From Camelus dromedarius (Eukaryota), in assembly GCF_036321535.1 (NCBI RefSeq), contig NC_087436.1, forward strand, positions 55,988,001 to 56,052,000: a stretch of DNA of 64,000 nucleotides, in the 5' to 3' direction. Below, piece by piece: positions 1 through 10,369 of this stretch (positions are counted from its first letter, which is position 1; every line of letters begins with the position of its first letter). The notes under the pieces were generated by a model. It was not told where the DNA came from and did no database searches. It saw only the letters and a list, made by a program, of their open reading frames with translations. A program made the position numbers and the translations under genes.

Positions 1-689
1 ACACGAAATTGTCTTCAAAATACAAAGTAGTTTCTGTTTTGTAACATTTATCTACTGAGGTGCATCATGTTGATGTAAGGTGGTCTTGCTGTTTCCTCCT
101 CTTAATCCTCAGGGTTTCCACACTCCCCTTCCTCATCTGTAGACCTCATGGAGAGTGGTAGGAAAATGACCTGATGTGCTGGCTCTTCCTTTCTCTTTCT
201 ATTTCTGCCATAATACCTGGAGGTAGACATGGTGAAATTTGGACTTCTGGGTTTTTTACTTCCCCATATTATAGCCTCTGAATCAGCAAGTTCAGTAGTC
301 TTGGTCTTATTTAGAAGCAGTGTCTTCTCTATGCTGTAGAAGCTGAAGTAAAAACCTGTTGTTTGGCTACAGACATAGAAATTTTATGTTGGCGTTCAGA
401 AACTAAATATGAATTATTTCCCATATGCATTTCTGCACTAACTGCAAGTATACTCATTTCCTACACCTTTCCCCTCTTCCCAGGTCGATGAGTGCCTGGT
501 CAAGGACAGGTAGGAAAAGGCAAAAGAGAAGAGCCTATCAACACATTAAAAAACTATTACCCATTTACCATATGCCAACCAACAAGGTAGCTGTTCTTAA
601 AAGAGTCCAAGGTGTCTGAGACCGAAACTCAAATCATACAGGCCATATAAACTAGTATAAGGGAACTATACGTTTACAGAGATAGTGGT

Positions 690-950
690 AGAAGGTGGTG
701 CAATTGCATGTGGACATCAGAGAAGGGCTGTACAGCACTTCCAGCTGTAGCAGGCAGGGGAAGCTTCATACCTGGGTTAGCATTTGAACTAGACTTTGAA
801 GAATGGTTAATCTATTTGTGAGGAAGGAAATTTGAGGCAGAGTAAAGGTCGTGAAAAATTGCAGAGACTTGAAGGTGTCAATGTGCCAGATATTAGCCTG
901 TGACCAGACAGAAGTCTTGATTGTTGGGAGAATGAAAGTTGGCCATGGCA
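690..950 (-). mobile_element. LINE L2 fragment
   Basis: Degenerate antisense L2 wording (catttgaactagactttgaagaatgg...gaggcagagtaaagg). Confidence 0.55.
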
Positions 951-1735
951 AGGGAATAGAGGCAGAGGTATGGTTCCAACATCAGTCTCCAGATGCTGAC
1001 ACCTATCCTCAAATAACTTATCTTCAATTTTCTTGACAAATTTTAGCCTTATCATACATTCAAATAGATTTTCTTCAAGCTATTTGGCCCTGTCTCCCAC
1101 AATCACAAAATGGACCAATAGACTCCTCCTAATCTCTAACCAGCACAATTTATAGCCTTTGGTTGGAGTGGTCAATAAAATGAAAAGTAAAATATTGCCT
1201 GTAAGTGATTTCCTTGTATATTTAAAAAGCAACGTGTCCACAGGAAAAAAAAAAAATTCTATGAAGAATGAGGTTCCCTTTGATCTCACTAGTGTCAAAA
1301 ATGTAAGGTGAAATTTAACTTGGAGAATAATAATCATCAAAAGATCTTTACAGTCCTAAAAAGAAATAAAATAGCAAACAACAACAAAAAATAACATTGA
1401 TTAAGTGAAAATGCACATAAATTATTATATCATTTACTCATTTTTAGACTTATTTTTAATTATGTAATCACTCTTAGGGTCTTCTAACAGTTAGATATTG
1501 GGTAGGTGATGTTGCTTATTCAAGTATTACTAAGGTAGGGGAAAATTCTTGAGAATCTCAAAGTGTAGAGAAGCAACACATGTAAATAAGCAAGCAAATA
1601 ATCTTAAAGCCTTTATTCTTAAGAGTGCCTCATTTGTAATACTCTCATAGATCTTAATGCTTAATACTCTCATAACTCTTAATGCTAGGTTGCCCACTGA
1701 CACCTACTCTACAATACCAGGCTGTTCTTGGCCAG

Positions 1736-1755
1736 TGGGGCCATCTGGTGGACCA
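1736..1755 (-). promoter_or_regulatory. CTCF motif (predicted)
   Basis: Reverse complement reads TGGTCCACCAGATGGCCCCA. Confidence 0.45.
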
Positions 1756-3079
1756 TGTAGGTAATCATGTGAGCCATTTATCTCATTCTTTTTAACTTCT
1801 CTTTCACACAGTTCTGTTTAAAATACCTCTAGAAAATTCTCACTTGAATTATTTAACTCCTTCTTTCTTTCCTTGAATTTTTCATTTGTGTTCCTCAATT
1901 TTACCTTCTTTTTTCCTTGTAATTTAATCTGTTAACCAAAAAATAAACAAAAAACAACCATATACTAGTGCAACATCTACAGAAAATAAAATTCTTTATT
2001 TAGAAAGAAAATAAAATTCTATTTCCAATTGAAATTAAACATGAAGTAGAAATAATGGCTTCATTGTTGAGAGTTGCTGGAAATATCATGAACTTAGGAA
2101 TCTCAATAATATTTCATTGTTCTTCTTTATTTATACCATAAGAACAAAGATCAGATGTTCTGCTGCATATCTGATTTAATTATAAATTATATTTTTGACT
2201 TTTTGATAGAATTACATATTCTGTAATATCATTGTTTTCCATATAATTATGTGTGATTAACATGATCTTGTGGGATGAATTCTAGACCATAATTTATGTT
2301 TCTGTAAAATAAAGCACAACACATTTCTAACAATGAACTCATAAATAAATTCAGGAAAAAATTGAAAGTAAAATATGTTTCATATATAATAAATGGTTTA
2401 GGTTATATATTATAAAATTTTCTTATTATTCATTTATTCTTTAAATGTCTGTTGATCATCTTTTCTGTACCAGGCACAGTATTAGGGACTATTAAAAAAA
2501 AGTCTCATTATATAACCAACATGCTAGTGAATCATTACAATATTGCTTGAACTAACCATTTCTAGCCCTGATGAACACAAGTAGTCCTAAGAAATTAATG
2601 TGTCCCTCTCACCCTTTAAATCTTATTTCTAATTCTTTAAGGCTTTTAATTAAGTTGAGGATAGTTTACTGTTGCAAGTAGCTTTTCAGGATTACATAGT
2701 TCGTTCTTAACTAGGTCATGAATATTTAATGATATAAATTTCTCATCTTGTGTTCTGGAATTAGTAACCCACCATCCCAACTAAATACCCTCTTCACTTG
2801 TTTTCTGTCTGCTACTTGTGTTCCAGCTCTCACTGCTTTTCATCTTAATAATGAGAAAATACTCCATGACTTTTCTTCCCACTTTAATTCATTCTGCACA
2901 TTGATACAAGCAAGGATGGTCAGAATAGCATTTCATTGCCCAAAGCCCTTTGGTAGCTTTCTAGAATATGAATAACACAGGATAGACCACTTAGCAAACT
3001 ACAAAAAGCCTTTCAAAAATTAGTCCTACGTTCCTGTCCAAATTTACCTTAGTATATTTGCCTGCATCTAGATAAACTT

Positions 3080-3280
3080 AATTTCAAATCTCAATGTGAC
3101 ACTAATTTAGCTGGGCTGGTTGTTTAATTCCACTAAGTCTTGACTTCCATACTCATGCTTAAAATAAGGATATTAGTAATACCTACTTCAAATAGAGTAC
3201 TGTGTGTATCAAATGAATATATATATATATATATATATATATGATGTCAGACTAATGAGTGTTCAAAAATATTAACTGTA
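3080..3280 (+). mobile_element. MIR SINE fragment interrupted by (AT)n at ~3217-3243
   Basis: aaataaggatattagtaatacctacttca...atcaaatga resembles the MIR core 3' part. Confidence 0.6.
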
Positions 3281-3339
3281 AGAATTTTTAAAATTATAAT
3301 TAGTAATTGTATTACACATAATGCTTTCTGGACTTCAAG

Positions 3340-3680
3340 CAAAGCCACTTAGTATTTGACATCTATGCTCTTTTTTCCTCCTTTGCCTCACTTGTTTCTT
3401 CTGCCTGAAATGCCACAAACATAAATTCTATTTATCTTTCAAGGCCCAGGCCTAATGTGCTCTCATTTAAGACTCTATTATTAAATTAATTTCATTTTGA
3501 AGTAAGTGCTCATCCCTCTCACCTCCCAAAGCCATGTTTCCGTACCTCTGCCACTGCACTTCACTTCTCAGAGTCACCCTCTTTAGTTCTCTACTCTGTC
3601 TTATTTTCTACTAGCTTATTAGCACCATGGGGGAGATTACCATCTAATTTACCTTTAACTTGATCTGAGGACATAATTTC
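3340..3680 (+). mobile_element. LINE L2 fragment
   Basis: tgtttcttctgcctgaaatgcc...tatctttcaaggcccagg is typical of the L2 3' region. Confidence 0.55.
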
Positions 3681-3689
3681 TCACACTAT

Positions 3690-4158
3690 GCATATCAAGC
3701 ATTTCTTGCTGTGATAATGCTGCATAAAGTATCACCCCAGAACTTGGTAGCTGAACTCAACAAGCTTTTTAAAAATCCCTTGCTCCTGGGTTATTGAGTA
3801 TGCTTCAGCTTCGTTAAACTGGGATAGACTCAGGCTCTGGGCTCCAGACAGCAGATACCAGGCTCCAGGATGCACACCTCTTTGTGGGTCTCTCATCCAC
3901 TTTGAGTGGTGGCTACCTAAGGGAATGTTCTTCTCATGCCTACTGGCAGGAGTACATCGAAATGAGTAGAAGTATGCAATGGAAGAAACTGGCACTCTGT
4001 AGCATCTGCCCACACTCATTGGTAAAAGCCAGTCTCATTACTAAGCCACCATCAATACAGCAGAGAACTCCATCCCACTGTGGTGGGTCGGACTTCAAGG
4101 GCAAAAGTTACATCTGTTAGCAGAGGAGTAAAAAATCTGGAATAATGCAATCTAGCAT
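3690..4158 (-). mobile_element. MaLR LTR (old MLT1, J/K/L-like)
   Basis: tgctgcataa..caccccagaac start; gggaatgttcttctcatg; ctgcccacactcattggtaaaagccagtc; aataatgcaatctagca end. Confidence 0.7.
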
Positions 4159-4229
4159 ACTATGTTTACTCCAGAACTCCTTTTTTAAGGACAGGGACTT
4201 TGGGAAAGGAGGCCTAAGACGATGAGGAA

Positions 4230-4520
4230 TCAATGGACAGTCTTTTAGGACAGTAAAATGACCGGATTTACATATTATAAGGTGATTCTGGGGTGTGTGA
4301 AGAGCATGGATTGGAATGTGAGGGCAGACTGGCTATGAAGGAAGTAACTGCGAGAGACCAGGGGAACATGCCAATATATTGCGTGGCTGAGGGGATAGGT
4401 CTCCAGGACCTTTCAGTAGCAACACTGGATGGATTTAGTCATGGAATAGGTGATGTGGGTAAAAGTGAAGAAGATACTGAGAAAGCTCCAAGTTTAAACT
4501 AAGGTGGTATAATTCATGTA
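4230..4520 (-). mobile_element. LINE L2 fragment
   Basis: Purine-rich antisense L2 motifs (gtgtgaagagcatggattgg...gagggcagactgg). Confidence 0.55.
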
Positions 4521-5067
4521 TGGAGAGCCACATCACTAATACTATTCTTTAGATGATTATGCAAATTAAGTCCTGTAGACAGCACAGAACATTCTTAACA
4601 TAATAATGCCCTAAGTACAGACACATTAGAAAGTACTTTCAACCACATTTCGTCTTCAGGGATCTTTATGAGTTCATATTGTTCCTGTTTTTCATAACAA
4701 AGAAATTAAAGTGCAAAGAAGTTGCAGGAATATCTGAGCAAATAATTTATATAAATGGAGACTTAAATCTGTATTTCCTGATCACAATCTTCCCACCGTT
4801 CCATAAAGTATCTTATCTCTTCAATTCTTAACATGAAAATAAAACAAAAGAAAACAAAAACTGTGATCTAGTTTGGCAGATAAATTTAAAATAAAATGAG
4901 GTATTTGAAGAACTCTAGTCAGCAAGAAACTATACTATCTATCTCAGATAATATTCTAAATTACATATACTATTATTTTTCCTTCTAATTTTTATTGGGC
5001 CTTTTATTGTTTTCTCCTTCTTATACCAGTTACAGCAGCCTGCCACACAAATGCAGAAATCACTTTG

Positions 5068-5237
5068 AACTTTCTTCTTTCTCTTTATTTCTTCTTTTTA
5101 TTCTCTTTCTTCTTTTCCTTTCCCATTTCTTCCTTCTTTTGTTCCTTGCATTCTTACTTCCTCCTTTCCCTCTTTCTTTTCTGCCTTCTTAGTCTTTTGT
5201 GTCAACCTACCTTTTTTGCTCCATTTCTTCTTTTTTG
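5068..5237. repeat. Pyrimidine-rich (CT) low-complexity tract
   Basis: About 170 nt that are largely T/C on the + strand. Confidence 0.85.
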
Positions 5238-5699
5238 TAAATATCTCTACACCTCAACGATAAAGTCCTTGAGGAGAAGATGCTTTCTCAGTGCTATGCA
5301 GTTCCCAAATTTTCAATGAATACTCTCTAGTGAACTGAAGAATATATTCTGTTCCATCCTTTTATTTCCCAGCATGATAGAAAACACTCCTCCCTTTTAC
5401 ACAACTAAAGACAGAAGAATAACTGCCCATCTACTTCCAATTCTCTAAATATTCTGTACCTTCTATCTTCATGTCTTTCTTTTTGTGCCTTCTTCCTCTT
5501 ATCCCTCCTGTCCAGTAGAACTGTGTCCAACATAGATGATCCGTCCAGCATTCTCAGCACCCTTTTCCTGTCCACTACATGTGACTGGTCTAGGAGGGCC
5601 GTTTGACAGGCCACTTAGAAAATGTAAACTCCCTGGGCTGAGAAATTCCAGAAATGTTATTCGGAAGGCACCTATGCTGGCTGCATCCCCTGGGGCCTT

Positions 5700-5938
5700 C
5701 TTCTTCCTGCCTGGGAAGTGGACCATGACGCCTGGAGGTGGGAAAGCCATCAAGAAATTAGAATGAAATGTCACATTATGGAATATGGAACCAAGCCACG
5801 AAAAGAGGTAACTGAGCTGCTTTTAGTCCATAGTGGCCCTGGACTGCCCACTCCCAGATTTCTTATTGTTAGAGATAAATGCACCTTTTGTGTTAGGCTT
5901 AGTATTACTGATACACAGGTGCTTAAGTCTTAACTGCT
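5700..5938 (+). mobile_element. MaLR LTR (MLT1) 3' part
   Basis: ccctggactgcccactcccagatttcttattgttagagataaa...cttaactgcta resembles an MLT1 3' end. Confidence 0.6.
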
Positions 5939-6019
5939 AGGTAATATTCTCTAGTTGAGATGTTTTCGTATCTTTGTGTGTCCACCACATTTTGGTATTC
6001 ATGTGAAATTCTTCTGTTT

Positions 6020-6212
6020 ATTCATCTATATTGTTCATTAGACTATAAGCCCTTGGGGCACAAGGACCCTTATTCATGACTATTCTTCTCCAGGGATCCT
6101 AGAATGAAGCCTCAGTATAACAAGAGCTGAGTAAAAGTTTTCAGAATTGGATTGAACTGAGTTGAGTTGAACTTAATTGAATTGCTGTGAATTGAACAGA
6201 ACTGAATTGAAT
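6020..6212 (+). mobile_element. L2 3' end with degenerate (TGAAY/TGAGT)n pentamer tail
   Basis: tagactataagccc...cctagaatgaagcc, followed by ttgaactgagttgagttgaac...tgaattgaa. Confidence 0.65.
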
Positions 6213-6369
6213 AGTACTCAATTTTCCCAGTCAGTTAATGGAAAAAGTAATCGACTAGCACCTGTTCTTCAGTCCTCCTTAATTAATGCTCTTCATTTGC
6301 TCCAGTGATGTGCTGTGGCACAAAACTCAAGCCTGGAGAAGAACTCATTCTCCCTCTCTGCAGCACAGA

Positions 6370-7088
6370 ACAGGGATAGTTATTTTGTCTGCACTACATC
6401 CATTTTCTTAGCATCTATTAATCTTCCTTCTCAGTATATTGATTTTCCTCTTGGGGAATCCCTTCTCCCCATGTGATCCAGGCCTTGCCATTCTGTATAT
6501 CTCAATTATTTGGCCATGGTGATTGGCTCAGGTTTGGATATGTGTCCTGAGATAGGCCAGGGACATAATTCTGGGATTTTGTTGGCTAGATGGGAATGAG
6601 AATGACTTTTGTACTGATACTAATAATGTTAAAGGCAATATAAAACTGGAACTTCCAGGCATCCCAGTGTGGATGTCATGGGTTTGTGAATGAAGCCAAA
6701 ACCAAGAGATTGGAGGGAGCTGAGGAGAGACTAAGTCCCATGAGTGGTGGTAGTTAAGTTTTTGGATCTAGAACATGATCCGTGAAATCAGACTGGGCAG
6801 TTACTTAACCCCTCTGTTTCCTCACATAGGAAAAGAAGATAGTAATAATACTTATATTATACTAGCATATACTTATATACATATATACTTATATATATAA
6901 TAGCACATGTAAAGAGCTTACAACATTGCCTGACACACAGTGTGTGATCAATAACTGTTAGCTGTTACTAATGTGGATATTTTAATTTTTGTCATTAGAG
7001 TTATGTACAGTAAAAAATTATCTGTTTTGCTTAAGCTGGTTTGAGTTGGGTTTCTATCACTTGCAACAGAAGGGTCTTGTCTAATACA
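6370..7088 (+). mobile_element. MaLR LTR (MLT1 J/K/L-like), split by a MIR insertion
   Basis: ggtgattggctcagg...gaatgaagccaa; 3' end gcttaagctggtttgagttgggtttctatcacttgcaac...ctaataca. Confidence 0.72.
6790..6970 (+). mobile_element. MIR SINE
   Basis: gggcagttacttaacccctctgtttcctca...catgtaaagagcttacaacattgcctgacacacag...caataactgttagctgtt. Confidence 0.8.
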
Positions 7089-7914
7089 ATTAATATAAAG
7101 CAATGAAGCCCCGGAGTGTACAGGTTTATGGCAGGCCAAATTCCCTTCTGTGGGCTGAGGCAGAGAAAGGGCATTGAATCAACCGAATGTAGACCATCTG
7201 GCTCTCCTTACTTGATGTCTATCAGTAATTTTACCTGAGGTCTATAGGCCCTCAACTTCTAGTGAATTTCCTCATCACCATCCTATTTATAGTCAAGAAA
7301 ATTCTCCTTCTTCTATGTTGCCAATTAATAATGTCTCTGATATGATTTATTTTTAAAAACATATTAAGGTACAAAAAGTAGGGAATCAAACATATGAGAG
7401 ATAAAATGAAAATATTTCTATAATTGAAATATAATCAGAAATTCATTGTTTTTTATCTCTTAAACTTTAAGCTGAATTTTTTTTTCATACTAGTTTAGAG
7501 TAAATAATATTATAACTAAGCAGCATACATGCTAAATAGCATACTTTTCTTGGTGTAGATTTCTGGAGGGATATGCAGGGGATTTGCATGCTTAATTCCC
7601 ATTAGCACCTGTCACTGGGATTTATTATCCCAGAGTTAATTCTCCACTCACTGCAGCCAAGGAAAAGGAAACCCTTGTACACGGATTTAAATGAAGCTTT
7701 TATTTTTCAAAATGAGATAATTTTATATCTACTCCTTAAACACCTGCAGTATTCCAATCCTGAAAAAGTCATATTCAAATTCATTTTTAGTGAAAATTTG
7801 CCCAAATCTGATTTTATTCAACAACTAGAAAACCCTATTCGTAAGTTGAAAATTTGTCTCAGTGGAAAAAAGAAGTTTTAATCAAGGACTCAACTCAGTT
7901 TTAAGATCCATTGG

Positions 7915-8260
7915 TTCTCATTCATCCATTCAACATTGAAGAAATGTTTATTGGCCACCTATTATGTGCCAGAAACTTTTCTAGGTTCTGGGTATAGATC
8001 AGTGAAAGTACTAAGAAAAAAATCCCTCCCCTTGCAAAGCATACATTCTATTGGAGCACATACCATATACATATACAGCTGTGTATTCTTAAACATAGAC
8101 ATGTATGTGTTCTTATAAGTGCTATATGGAAAATCAAAGCAAGTAAATGCAATTGAAAGTGATGTGGTGGGTGCTATTTTAGGAAAATGGTCAAAGAAGA
8201 TCTCTCTAAGCAGTCACATTTGAGCCCAGGTCTAAGTGAAGTAAGTTAGCAGTTCTATGC
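7915..8260 (-). mobile_element. LINE L2 3' end
   Basis: ttcatccattcaac...aaatgtttattggccacctattatgtgccag. Confidence 0.8.
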
Positions 8261-8669
8261 TCAGAAGTCTATGCAACACTGCATTATCTCTTCCATGAAG
8301 AAAAAACTAGGCAGGATGTTGATACACAAGGCAAGTTCCACCTGCAATAATAGATTGTAGGAAAGTCACTTGCTTAGAAAATCTGATCAGTTTGCTACTT
8401 TTCCTGTACTTGTTCTTGTGCACTCTTCCCTCCCTTTTCCACTCCGTTTCTCTACATACCATTTCTCAAACCATTCTCCTGCTCTCTTTGGGCTGAATTT
8501 CAATATTAAACTACTTTTCCCCTTCTTGTCTCTTACTTTTTCTTTCAAAGAATTAATTTTATGCAGTGTCTATCATTGGGCACTCAGTCATCCAAACTGA
8601 ATTATGTGACAATTTAATTATATTTAACTAACTAGACTTTGAGGATTCTTCCGTATTGAGCCTTTTTGG

Positions 8670-8860
8670 CAATCAATCAACCAATACTAACTGATGGAGT
8701 GCCAACTATATATTGGGCTCTGTGCTAGGAGCTGGGGATGAAATGATAAACAAGGCAAAGCCTCTGCCTTAAAAAGAGTTAAAGTCTAGTTAGAGAAGAT
8801 AGGCAGTAAAATTGCAAATGAATAAACAAGTAACTTGTAAGTGTTGTTAATATAGTAAGT
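8670..8860 (-). mobile_element. LINE L2 3' end
   Basis: caatcaatcaaccaatac...gtgccaactata...tgtgctaggagctgggga. Confidence 0.7.
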
Positions 8861-8994
8861 ATACGTGAAGTTTCTTTCTTAGTATTTAAGCTGCTGTCTT
8901 TCTTGGAAAAATTGTGAAGACAAATATAAAATATAATCATAAGCCTTCTGGTGATGTCACCCTCAAAATAAATGACAGGTTATGAATTGTCTAG

Positions 8995-9180
8995 CTGTAC
9001 TGTCCAATGTGGTAGCCCCTAACCATGTGACAATTAAAATTTAAAAATTACATAAATATTCCCAATTTAAACTAGTCACATGTAAGCGCTCAATAGCCCC
9101 ATGTGTCTAATGACTACCATTTTGGAGAACATGGATACAAACATGTTTCTCATTGTGGAATGTTCTGTTGGACAGCACTG
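8995..9180 (-). mobile_element. MER3-like hAT-Charlie DNA transposon
   Basis: Termini ctgtactgtccaat...ttggacagcactg. The 8-mer GTCTAGCT occurs at both ends (8989-8996, 9181-9188), typical of a hAT target-site duplication. Confidence 0.85.
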
Positions 9181-9224
9181 GTCTAGCTGTCATGCATCTG
9201 GGGAAATCTTTTATAAATGGTAAG

Positions 9225-9420
9225 AATAGCAGCTAACAATTTCATGTTTCAGTTACTTTACATATGTCTAACTCATTTATTTTTGACAAAATCCCAAAGA
9301 TAGTAACTGCAACTAGGGCCATCTTACAGATTAAGAAACTGAGCCATCGAGCTTTATTTTTTTGTTGAGTCAGCTAGTATTAAGAAATGCTAAGAATTAA
9401 ACCCAGTCTGACACAGGAAC
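9225..9420 (-). mobile_element. MIR SINE
   Basis: aatagcagctaac...ccatcttacagattaagaaactgag. Confidence 0.75.
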
Positions 9421-9639
9421 TTCTTAAATTCTGACCAAAATATGGGGAAGCTGAAGAGGATGAAGAAGTGATTTTAGTATGGCAGCCTGTGCCTCCACAG
9501 AAATAAGAAATGGCTAGATTTGTCAATGTCTTTGCCAAGAATGACCTTTTCAGTTCTACCAGACTCATCCAAGACAAGTCTTATTGGCTAGAGGTTTAGA
9601 TGGAGCTTGGCAGGCATAATCATGGAACTTTGAAACCAT

Positions 9640-9750
9640 CTAATAAAATATTTCACAGATGAAGAAACTGAGACATGCAGTTTACCTGATCTGTCAAGGA
9701 AAACAGAATGACTTAGGACCACAGCCAAGATCAGACCACAAGCTTCCTGC
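9640..9750 (-). mobile_element. MIR fragment
   Basis: tttcacagatgaagaaactgagac core. Confidence 0.6.
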
Positions 9751-10369
9751 CTGTGTGTGTGTTTATACCTTTCCCCCTTGGCACCAAGAGCTTAAAATTT
9801 CCCTGATATATTATTTATTATTATTTGAGAAATGTACTAATCTTGGGAAGTGCTTTCCTTCTAGCCAGGTCAGTGTGCCAGTGTGTACTGAACTTTTAAT
9901 CCATCCACTTTCCTTTTGTCCAGCCTCTCCTCATTTTATCCACCCATTCTTACATTCTCCCTTCATCATTACAACAGGATCCACAACCCAGCTATACAGA
10001 CAATTCTTTCCTGAAGAAAAATAAAAATAAAAATTCATAGCAGTTTCAGTCCTTACACCGTTAGGAATCTGGAAAACATGTCATAGGTTCCACCATCACT
10101 TTACGTGAATATCTGTAAGTTTTGTTGTGCATTGTTTCTGGGAGTTTCTCCTGGTGTCATCTTACCACCCTTTACATGCTCAGCCTTGCCAGCCACCAAA
10201 GATGCACGCAAATAAAGGTGTGTTGAAGAGTTTTCCTTCAGCTTTTAGTCTCTGTTCCACTAGAGAGGTCACAGGCGCCCAAGAGCATAAAACAATCTGA
10301 GTGGTGCTGACAACCCCAAGACTGCAGCGGGTTGGGACACTGCAAAAGATTTATGCCCTTTTTCTTGCC

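Noticed and set aside
4995..5319. Hydrophobic F/L-rich ORFs resembling membrane peptides
   Set aside because: Artefact of the CT-rich low-complexity tract.
6146..6212. Regular pentamer array
   Set aside because: Explained as an L2 3' tail; not CRISPR-like, since there are no long repeats with unique spacers.
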